DNA from: Octopus vulgaris
Lineage: Eukaryota
Direction of reading: 5' to 3'
Length of the DNA: 64,000 nt
NCBI GenBank assembly: GCA_951406725.2
Contig: OX597837.1
Location: 4,898,001-4,962,000, forward strand
In this document: positions 1 through 12,000 of the stretch, piece by piece
How positions within the stretch are numbered: position 1 is the stretch's first letter
How the letters are laid out: the number at the start of each line of letters is the position of its first letter
The notes under the pieces: model-generated
The model's database searches: none
What the model saw: only the letters and a program-made list of their open reading frames with translations
What the model was told of the DNA's origin: nothing
Program-made: the position numbers and the translations under genes

Positions 1-45
1 TCGGGTTTTTGCATTGATCACATTCTCATTCCACAGATTTTTCAT
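1..45 (-). CDS. DNAJC13: DNAJC13 coding exon 29, cut by the window edge ([15 protein letters not shown])
   Basis: gtttcag|ATG AAA AAT...; corresponds to human MQELWTKGMLNAKTR. Confidence 0.92.
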   Translation of the reverse strand, partial: MKNLWNENVINAKTR

Positions 46-437
46 CTGAAACGAAAATCAACCACAGAGATAGAAAAGCGAGGAGGTATATGTGTGAGTG
101 TGTGTGTGTGTCTTATCTTTTACTTATTTCAGTCAGACAGTGGCCATGCTGGAGCACTGCCTCAAAGACTTTCAGTTTAACAAATCGACCCAACACATTA
201 TTTTTTAAGCCTGTTACTCTCTCTTTTAACTCTTTTACTTGTTTCAGTCATTTTGACTGCGGCCATGCTGGAGCACCACCTTCAGTCGAGCAAATCGACC
301 CCGGGACTTATTCTTTGTAAGCCCAGTACTTATTCTATCAGTCTCTTTTGCCAAACCGCTAAGTGACGGGGAAGTAAACACACCAGCATTGGCTGTCAAG
401 CAATGCTAGAGGGACAAACACAGACACACAAATATAT

Positions 438-481
<44 letters not shown>

Positions 482-3400
482 GACAGGCTTCTTTCAGTTT
501 CCATCTACCAAATCCACTCACAAGGCTTTGGTTGGCCCGAGGCTATAGCAGAAGACACTTGCCCAAGATGTCAGAACCCGGAACCATGTGGTTGGTTAGC
601 AAGCTACTTACCACACAGCCACTCCTGCACTTATTCTATATCTATATATGTTAATCTCTTTTGCCAAACTGCTAAGTTACAGGGACGTAAACACATCAAA
701 AGCAGTTGTCAAGCAGTGGCCAGGAACAAAGACACACACATACAACTAGAGGTGCAATGGTCCAGTGGTTAGGGCAGCGGACTTGCGGTCGGAAGATCGC
801 AGTTTCAATTCCCAGACCGGTTGATGTGTGTGTTTATTGAGCGAAAACACCTGAAGCTCCACGAGGCTCCGGCTGGGGGTGGTGGCGACCCCTGTTGTAC
901 TCTTTAGCTCTAACTTTCTATCACTCTTTCTTCCTGTTTCTTATCCTCGACTTCCTACACAACCGCTGAGCCTGGATGCGCATTCATCCATTTGTCGATG
1001 CTCTCGGTCTCGGGGGTTGACCTGCTTTCTCATCTGTGGGTCTTACGAATAGCAAAGGCCCACGTTTCGGACTTCTCCCACTAGGGACGAAGACTGCTTT
1101 GCTCAACAAGCAAACAAAACACCAGCATCAACACCAATGTTTTTTACACGGTACAGATCTTTTCGGTTTGAACGGCAGTTTTTAACATTATTTCTAGGTA
1201 ACTAAAAAATTTTTAACTTCGTATACTGCTAGAATGTGTTTATAAAACATCTTTTTCTCTTGGCTTTATTGAGAAAATTCTATAGTTTGTAAGATATTTG
1301 TAGTTTTTTTTCTTCAATTTCTGCAATTTCAACCAATCAGTGACGTCTATTGAGGTAAAAAAAATCATGTGCCGTATGAATATTTTCCTCGTTTAAGAAA
1401 CAGATTGGGTTTATTTACATTTGTGAAGAAAAAAAAGATACCCTTCCCCCCACCTCTAACCCTAACCCTAAAACAGATTGAAATGCAATAGATCCATACT
1501 AGGGTCATAATTATGGGTGACAATTTCATATGACACCGCTAGAAAAAACTGCCGTTCAAAGCAAAAAGATCCCACAGTACCTTGGTGTTAGGATTTCAGT
1601 TTTGTTATTGTAGGCAGGTTTTCTCGAATACAGCAATGCACTGCATATCTCAGTCCCCTGCCAACTCCTTCATAAGGGTCACCAAAAAATATTTTTTTAA
1701 ATGCTCGCCATACTAAGTAAAAACACTTCCAGACTGTTCTATAGAGAAAGATATTCATTATCATCATCGTTTAACGTCCGTGTTCCATGCTAGCATGGGT
1801 TGGACGGTTCCACCGGGGTCTGGGAAGCCAGGAGACTGCACCAGGCTCCAGTCTGATCTGGCAGTGTTTCTAAAGCTGGATGCCCTTCCTAACGCTAACT
1901 ACTCCTTGAGTGTAGTGGTAATATATTTGGAGGATATCATGCTATCATAGGACAGGCATGAACCTCAGGACATATCATAATTCAGCTAACTGAGGAATGT
2001 ATTCAATGAGGGGACCCCTAAGACTGTTCAGAAATGCACCCAGTCTATGCTGTAAAGTTGTTGGAGATAAGGAAGAGGGCTAACTGTAAAACTCATGCTA
2101 AAATAAAATAAATCAGCCACAAATAAAGATTCATAGGGTTTTCTGTTGCATGTGTAAGATAAAGGAGGATAATGGAAGAAATATATACATGTTGTGATGG
2201 AACAGACTTGCAAAATCCATGTTAGGATGGGAGGAAAGAAATACGATGATGACGATGAGACTGATGATGATGACAACGATGAAGATAATGAAGACGATGA
2301 TGAAGACGATGATGATGAAATTGATGATGATGAAAATGATGATGACGATGAAATTGATGATGATGATGAAAATGATGATGACGATAAAATTGATGATGAT
2401 GATGAAAATGATGAAGATAATGAAGACGATGATGAAGACGATGATGATGAAAATGATGATGACGATGAAATTGATGATGATGAAAATGATGAAGATAATG
2501 AAGACGATGATGATGACAACGATGATGAAATTGATGGTGATGAAAATGATGATGACGATGAAATTGATGATGACGATGAAATTGATGATGACGATAAAAT
2601 TGATGATGATGATGAAGACGATGATGATGACAACGATGATGACGATGAAATTGATGGTGATGAAAATGATGATGACGATGAAATTGATGATGACGATGAA
2701 ATTGATGATGACGATGAAATTGATGATGATGAAAATGATGAAGACGATGAAATTGATGATGATGAAAATGATGATGATGATGAAAATGATGATGACGATG
2801 AAATTGATGATGATGAAAATGATGACGATGAAATTGATGATGATGAAAATGATGATGACGATGAAATTGATGATGATGAAAATGATGATGATGATGAAAA
2901 TGATGATGACGATGAAATTGATGATGATGAAAATGATGATGATGAAATTGATGATGATGAAATTGATGATGATGAAAATAATGATGATGACGATGAAACT
3001 GAAAATGATGAAGATAATGAAGACGATGATGATGCCAATGATGATGACGATAACAGTGAAGACAATGGAGATGCTGACAGCAAAGATAATGATGACAATG
3101 ACAGTGAAGATGATGACGATGATGATGATGGTGATGGTGGTGGTATTAGGATCCAGTGTACTCACCTCTTCATAGCTGTATGGTCCCAAGCGTTCTTTGT
3201 CAGCATTCCCATAATACCATTCTTTTTCACTTTCTCGTTTCATGTCAACGCCAGCTTCCAGAAGATTGCTCTGGAACGACCGAAATTAGAACAGATGAAA
3301 TGTTATTTAAAATTGAGATGAAATGTTATTTAAAATCATATTCTATTACATATTTAAGACAAGACACTAACCACTAGACCAAGTGCCTAAAGTTAGTCCT

Positions 3401-4288
3401 GGGTCAAATTAGGCCACAGGCTCCACTCTTGGTGGTGCCCTTCCATCAATTCTGTTAAGTTTCTTTGATGGATTCTCTTGTCATGAACAACAAATAAGGG
3501 CTCGGTAAAATCAAGTGTTAATCATGTTCTATGGACACTGCCACACGGTGAGACTGAACCCAGAACCATGTGGTTGTTAAGCAAGCTACTTACCACACAG
3601 CCACTCCTGCACCATTACAGAGAATTAACAACGAATGAATCAATAAATGAACCCTCAACCCCTTTACTAGTAAGGAACCAGCTGCCCTTGTTGGTGTGTA
3701 GATGAGCTGGAGTTAGACCAACCATAGACTAATAAACTACTGCCTGCATACCTGAGACCCTACTGCTACATATTACAGAGAATCAAAATTCAATAAATTA
3801 TTTGGACCCTAAGGCCCTTACCTGTAAGGGAACAACTGCCCTGCTGGTGTGTAGGTGAGCTAAAGTTAGCAAATCTACAAGGATTTTAATTCCATTTGAA
3901 TCAAGAATTTCTTTGATATTTTTCTGAAATAGAACAATAAAAACAGAATAAACACTTGTTATGTATCAGGTATATTTAGAAACTGATGAATTTATTTCAG
4001 ATAGAATTTAACAAATGATAAACAAGGCATTTTTGTTCAATGCACCAATTCTGCAATCATTTGCAGAAATATGTGTGTGTGTATATATAAATTTGTAGTA
4101 AATGGATTCATAGACTCATGTGGCTATCACAGAAAGCTCCTCTAACAGACTTGGCTATCACACCACACAATAATCCAAAACAAAGAAATGTAATGCAGGG
4201 TATCCATGTAACTGAAAATCCAGAAGATCCAATCAATGAAGATATTTCATGAGTACATTCAGTGCACGCGTGTCTCTGTATGTGAGTA

Positions 4289-4322
<34 letters not shown>

Positions 4323-6086
4323 AAGGATATGAATTCATAGACTCGTGTGGCTATCACAAAAAATTGCAAGCTATGCGTATCTGAAAGATCACAGATCCTT
4401 TTCAGGTCTAAGAATTTCAGATCTGAAATCATCAGCACATGTAAACATATGGTATAGTTCCAAATTGAAAATTGGAAAATACTACCCTCTCCAAGTTGAG
4501 CAGCTGTACAACAGACAAGAACCCCTACCTGTTCAGCCTCATTATGGCTTTAAGGTCAAAGGGGACATGACTAATTCTACCCCTTTTTTCCTTCTTTTTG
4601 TTTTCCAGTGTTTCTTTTCACCTTTTCTCATATTCTGTCCTACTGTTTTAGTTTGCATATGCCATTTGAGCACAGCCTGGAGATTGCTTGGAGGCATGAA
4701 ACTATTAGTAGCTCCTAAAAATATACTGTGTTCATTAATTCATATATATATATATATGGTGCAGCCTTCGGGCTTGCCAGACCCCAGTTGAACCGTCCAA
4801 CCCATGCTAGCATGGAAAGCGGACGTTAAACGATGATGATGATGATATATATATATATAAGTACCTCATTTTCAACTGCCTATCACCTCAATACACTTGG
4901 CTAATATAGGCAGAATGAGATGCTTTTATCTATGGGCTGAAACGGCTGTAAGTGATTTTGATAATTTATATTCATGTTTTTTAATAATTGCTTGTATTCT
5001 TAATTTAAATGCATAGAATAATACACTATATGTATGTATGTTATTATGGTTGTCGTTTTGATAAATAAATAAGTTAACATTTTAATGTCCTAAAGTTGAT
5101 GAACCAACTATTGTTTTTCTCCATTTTCTTATTTGTAATATATATATATATATATATTTATTTATTTTATAGAAGGAGCTTCTACAGGACTAGAACTGTT
5201 TCATTCAAATGAAATCATCAGGAGGCTTGCTGTCAAGATAAGTTTTGGCATTTATACATTTAGCCTAAATGTATAAATGCCAAAACTTATCTTGACAGCA
5301 AGCCTCCTGATGATTTCATTTGAATGAAACAGTTCTAGTCCTGTAGAAGCTCCTTCTATAAAATAAATTAATTTACTCTGCTATGTATTGAGTACCTTAT
5401 TTACTGTGGTTAACCCCGACTCAACCCGGGACCTACATATATATATATTTGAGTGTGTGTGTATGTAACAAAAAACATGATCATTTGTACAACACCCTAC
5501 ACAAATCTGCCATATCACTGAAGAATGAAATCCCAAAATTATCAACTAAATATAGAGTACAACAGTACGATACTCACCGTGTGTAATATCAATTTGTTAA
5601 CGAACAAGATCAATCGATCCCTTTCTAGTCTGTCTGTACACTGGAAATGAAATTGCAAGTCATTAGGTACACACAAATGCTTAATAAAGTCAACAATTAT
5701 CCTGGTTTTAGGCTTAATTTAAGGTAAAACTCTGCATTTAAAGGCATAAACAGCAATTCAAACACAAGACATACACAGACACCAGTAAAAACACCCCTTA
5801 TGGAAGAAGGGGGGGACACACACATACACCTCTCTCTCTCTCTCTAGATATATATATATATATATATATACATACATACACACTCTTTTACTTGTTTCAG
5901 TCATTTGATTGCGGCCATGCTGGAGCACCGCCTTTGGTTAAGCAAATCGACTCCAGGACTTATTCTTTGTAAGCCTAGTACTTATTCTATCGGTCTCTTT
6001 TACCGAACTGCTAAGTTACGGGGACGTAAACACACCAGCATCGGTTGTCAAGCGATGCTGAGGGGGACAAACACAGACACAAACAT

Positions 6087-6117
<31 letters not shown>

Positions 6118-8449
6118 CACGACAGGCTTCTTTCAGTTTCCGTGTACCAAATCCACTCACAAGGCTTTGGTCGGCCCGAGGCTATAGTAGAAGACACTTG
6201 CCCAAGGTGCCACTCAATGGGACTATAAATATAATTATAAAATTATAATAAGGGCAACTACCAAGTAATGCCACATGCTAGAAGAAGATGCCAAATAGAT
6301 CTAAAACTACCTTATTTATCACATAGACAGGCTGAATGGGAGGGAATGAACAAAAAAGATTGCTTTATTCTTTCTGGTTATGTCATACTAAGGACAGTAA
6401 AGTGGTATTACATCACTACGCTAGAAATCAATGTGGGGAGGAGGTTATACTTACTCTTTCCAGCATGCCAATAATATAACGTGTATCATTGAATGGACCA
6501 ATTTCTTGGTGGCATTTACCATATACTATTGCCATTGCCTGCAAACACATGCACTTCATTGGAATTTTGGTGGTCAGCAGGAAACGGTGGTAGAGGTCAT
6601 TGAAGAATTCATAACTGGTAATTAAACAGCAGAGATATATATATATATATATACACACATATATAAACATACATGTTTGAAACAGGGGGAGACAGACAGA
6701 CAGAGAAAGTATGTGTGTATGTGTGGTAGAGGTTTGAAGAATTCACAACTGGTAATCAAACAACATACATCATAATCGTTTAATGTCCGCTTTCCATGCT
6801 GGCATAGGTTGGACAGCTAAACAGGAGCTAACAGGCCAGAGGAAGGTACCAGACTCCAATTGTCTGTTCTGGCATGATTTTTATGGTCGGATGCCTTTTC
6901 TAACACCAGCAACTTTACAGAGTGGACTGAGTATTCTTTACATAACACCAGTAGCAACAAGATCTGGTTCACCATGGTTTTTTACAGCTGGATGCCCTCC
7001 TAATGTCATCCACATTAATGAATGTCTTAGGTGTGTGTGTGTGTGTATATATATATGTGTGTGTGTGTGTATGTATGTATATATACTTACTATTACTTGT
7101 GTCGACATTCACCCTGGGTGGGTTGAGTCGGCTTCTTCTACCACCCTCGAGGCATCTCGAATCATGGCAGTGGAAGAAGTTTCGTGGGGATATGAATTTC
7201 ACAAGCGGTCCCCAATAATCCCGCATGTAGAGACATCCTGTTTGCCGCAGATTGTCCGCAGAAGCGGGGACAGAACGACAGAGGAGCCGCCGGTTGCTGA
7301 AACAGACACTCCGAGGATTTTCACCAGAGCCCCCGTCTGCCGGGTTGTGGCCCTAATACAACTCGGTGTCAGACCAATCCGCCTTGGGTGGCCCTACCAG
7401 GAACCGAAGTTCCCGACGGCATAGCTCTGACACAACCTGTTACCAGCGTCCCCATCCCGGTGAGGAGGGGATAGTATATATGAGACAAAAAATAAGTTCA
7501 AATAGAACAATTCAAACTTTTTCAGGAATCCAAAAAGGGAGAAAATGTCAATCTGATGGTGGGGAGTTAATGTGCAACACGAACCTTTGATCCCCGTAAA
7601 CAAAATCACCAGTGGGGGTTGCTCAGCAAGGGAAATGAAATTGCCTGAAGCCTTATCAGTCATGTACAAGAGACACCGCAACATATGTATATGTATGTAT
7701 GGGCATTTGTGTGTATGTGTGTGTAAGTATAGAGACAGACAGACAGACAGAGAGAGGGAGAGAGTCTACTTACGATCGCTTTATGCCTAACGTCTCGGTG
7801 GATTCTTCCCCTTCCTCCAGTAGTAAACGCAGATAATAGTCACCTTGGATAAATAGAGGAGAAAAACAAGCATTAACCCTTTCGTTACTGTATTTATATT
7901 GAGATGCGCTGTGTTTCTTTTAATGACTTTAAATATAACAAAGAATTTAGTAAAATAACTTAGTTATCATTCAGCTAGTGTTAGGAACATAAATTGTGAC
8001 TGAGGTTTGGTGGAAGGATTTAATTCAAAACTTATGACTTGGCAGACACCCATAAAATTATTAACCATCTTACAAACAATAACTCTGAGCACCTTTTCAA
8101 ACTCCACCTGTCTAACACCTGTGGGCACGTTTACAAAGTCAGAAAACAGCCCAGCTCCCATGACTTTGGAAACGTTTTTTCACGCTAAGAGTTGCTGAAG
8201 CATGGAAAAATTTGCCGGCATCAGTTGTTAGTTGTCGGAGCACTGCATCCTTCAAAACTTCCATGCTTCCTGAGATTCGCCAACACTACACCTGATTTTC
8301 TCCCCTTCATACACACGCAAGCATGTATCTGACTCATACACTGTTCGTTTTCCAGACATTTGTACATTACTGCATATACTTTATACGCACTTTTGACAAG
8401 ATGTGGTGCACTGTATACAATAATTTCACTATCATTATTATTATTATTA

Positions 8450-8498
<49 letters not shown>

Positions 8499-9064
8499 CA
8501 TTATTATTATCATTATTATTATTATTATCATGACTGAAGGTGATGTTCATGGTTGTATTGTTAATGTCAAGTAGCTCTAGTCTACTCTTCCACTGTAAAC
8601 TATGAAAAGTGAGATGCCAATATAAACAACCGAAGCAGTAGTAGTAATAGTAGTAGTAGCAGTAGTACTAGTAGTGGGGGTGGCAGTGGCAGCAGCAGCA
8701 GCAGTAGTAGTAGTGGTGGTGGTGGTGGTCGTAGTAGTAGTAGCAGCAGCAGTTATGCAACATCCTTTCCCCCGCCTCCAACTGGTAATAGCTGAGCTCT
8801 CTCTCTCTCTTTCTCTCTCTCAGAAGTAGCCAGTATAATACAACTGATGTCGTAGTAGTAGTAGTAGCAGCAGTAGTAGATGTTGTGTGACGTTCCTTCC
8901 TTCCCCAACGCCAAACCAGCCGCGGCTGGCGTGTAACCCTCTCAGAAACTGCCAATATGCAAACACTTGAAGTTGTTATTGTTGTCAAGGAGCTTGTTCA
9001 TATTGCAGACAGCAGCAGAGAGGCTGGTTCGAGGAGTACCTGAAAGGAACTCACTACTCTTCTT

Positions 9065-9095
<31 letters not shown>

Positions 9096-12000
9096 CTCTC
9101 TTTCCTTCTCTTTATCATCGTCATCATCAGTGACAGTGGCGTCACTTTAACACTCACTTTTTCCATGCTTCCAAGGCTGACACAGAATCCAACAGATTTT
9201 CCAGTCACATGACACAGATTTTCCAGTCACATGATGTCAAAGTAAGGGAACACTAACACCCACAATCAAAATTATCGTCATCATCATCATCATCATCATT
9301 ATTATCATTATCATTGTTGTTTTAAAGGCAGCAAGCTGGCAGAATCATTAGCACGCCAGGCAAAATGCTTAGCAGTGTTTCGCCCATATTTACATTCTAG
9401 GTTCAAATTCCGCCATGGTCGACTTAGCCTTTCCTCCTTTCATCATCATCATCATCGCTTAACATCCACTTTCCAATGCTGGCATGGGTTGGACGATTTG
9501 ACTGAGGGCTGGTGAACCAGATGGCTGCACCAGGCTTCAATCTTGATCTGGCAGAGTTTCTACAGCTGGATGCCCTTCCTAACGCCAACCACTCCGAGAG
9601 TGTAGTGTGTGCTTTTACACGCCACTGGCACGGGGCCGGTCAGGCAGTACTGGCAATGACCTCCACGGGGCCAGTCAGGCGGTACTGGCAACAATCTCGC
9701 TTGAATCTTTTACACATGCCATCGGCACAGGTGCCAGTAAAGCAATACTGGTAACAATCACGCTCGAAAGGTGTCTTTTACGTGCAACCAGCACAGAGGC
9801 CAGACAGCCGCTCTGGCAACAATCATGCTCAGATGGTGCTCTTAATACCCTACAAGCACAGGGCTCGAGTGCCAGTAAGGTGACGCTAGGGTCAATAAAT
9901 CAAGTACCAGTTGAGTACTGGGATCGATGTAGAAAGGATTGTTACAATTGTCTTAACGTCCACTTTCCCATGCTTGCATGGGTTAGACAGAGCTTGTAGT
10001 GGTGGATTTTCTACAGTCGGATGCCCTTCCTGTTGTCAACCCTCACCCATTTCCAACTAAGGTAATATTTCGCTACAGCCAGACATGTTCTCTCAGAATA
10101 TTAAAAATAAAAGACACTGCTTACATGATTGTTGACATTTGTTTACAATTATCATAAAAAGTCAATACACGGAGACAGGAACACACACAATCATCATCGT
10201 TTAACATCCGTTTTCCATGCTAGCATGGGTTGGACGGTTCAACTGGGGTCTGGGAAGCCAGGAGGCTGCACCAGGCTCCAATCTGATCTGGCAGTGTTTC
10301 TACAGCTGGATGCCCTTCCTAACGCCAACCACTCCGTGGGTTTAGTGGATGCTTTTTACGAGCCACTGGCATGGGCCAGAGGAGGCCGGCAATGGCCACG
10401 ATCAGATTGGTGCTTTTTACATGCCACCAACACGGCGCCAGTCAGGCGATGCTAGTAACTGCTATGCTCGAACGGTGCTTTTACGTGTCACAAGCAGAGG
10501 CGTCTTAACTACAATTACCATTCAAATTTTTATAAAAATTCTGTTCTTCTCCATGCCATAACATATACACACACAAACGCAACTGGATGCTGCAAGACAT
10601 CATGATCGATGAAGAAAAATGGTGTGTGCCTGTGTGCACGCACACATACATACACAAAGAAAGCCAAAAGTAAAAGAAGTGGGCCATACCAATTTTAATT
10701 TCATCACTAAGACAGTTAAAAGGTACTTCAAATTCTTGGTGGTTCCATGCAATAACGTGATTCGACCCCAACTCTCGGTCAACATTGAACGCTCGCATTT
10801 CATTCTCCAAAGCTTCCCGTAGCTCTTCTCGCGTCTGGTGAAAAAAAGAAATAAAAATAGTATGATAAAAAAATACAGAAATCACAAAACAAGAAACTTG
10901 ATAAGCACAGTGTATCTAAGAGTACATTATCCAATGAGTCATTTCGTATTTTAAAACAGTTGAGAGCATAATTTGAAGAAAATTTGGCTGCTCTTACTAG
11001 CAAGCTGAGAAACCAGCTTATCTGATTCAAGACCAAAATTTATAATAACCCTTTCTACTAAAGACACAAGGCTTGAAATTTGGTGGGAGGGAACTGGTTG
11101 ATTATATCAACCCCAGTGTTTCACTAGTATTTAACTTATCAACCCCAAAAGTATGAAACGCAAAGTCGACCTCAGCAGAATTTGAACTCAGGACCATACC
11201 AAGAAGTGGACTGATGAAAGTATTTTTTCCAGCACAGTAACAATTCTGCCAGTTTGCCACCTTAAATTAATTCATTGAAAACGTAATTGGCACATACCTT
11301 GTAGTTCCAAATTAAATTTGGTCTGGCATGATCATGGTTGAAATGATGGTAAAAGAGAAGCCAGTTCGCTTCACTTTTGATTCGTTGTCGACGCTTTCGT
11401 AATACAATCGGTTTTACATCATTCTGCAAAAAAAAAAAATGAAAATGGAAATGTTAAAGAAACAAAACAGAATTTTGGGTTTTTTTTTCTTTTTTACTGC
11501 AGCCATGCTGGAGCAATTATATCTATTTCTTTATTACCCACAAGGGGCTAAACACAGAGGGGACAAACAAGGACAGACATAGGTATTAAGTCGATTACAT
11601 CGACCCCAGTACGTGACTGGTACTTAATTTATCGACCCCGAAAGGATGAAAGGCAAAGTCGACCTCGGCGGAATTTGAACTCACAATGTAAAGGCAGCCG
11701 AAATACCGCTAAGCATTTCACCCGACGTGCTAATGATTCTGCCAGCTCGCCACCTTGAGCAATTATATCATGCCCAATGTGATTTACTGGTATTACTGTT
11801 GATGTTTTGAGGAAGGATGAAGAGATAAGTCGACCAAGGCAGATTCTCAACTAGCAGTTGCCTGCTGGGGTCCACATGAAGAAAAAAAATAAATAAATAG
11901 GTGGAGGAGTGGCTGTGTGGTAAGTAGCTTGCTTATGAACCACATGGTTCCGGGTTCAGTCCCCCTGTGTTGCACCTTGGGCAAGTGTCTTCTACTATAG

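Noticed and set aside
2194-3321. 375-aa Asp/Glu-rich ORF resembling acidic biomineralisation proteins, and the overlapping poly-Ser and poly-Met/Lys ORFs
   Set aside because: It is a translation of an intronic (GAT)n repeat, has no signal peptide, and overlaps a DNAJC13 exon in antisense.
4900-4965. Possible further hammerhead (cagaatgaga...ctgaaacggctgt)
   Set aside because: No CUGANGA core and no convincing stems.
6783-7424. 213-aa ORF and similar ORFs at 17520-17976 and 26322-26873
   Set aside because: They run across SINE, microsatellite and GC-rich repeat sequence, and frames are not conserved among the three repeat copies.
8221-8574. Poly-Asn and poly-Ile ORFs
   Set aside because: They come from the (ATT)n tail and the antisense strand of a CR1 fragment.
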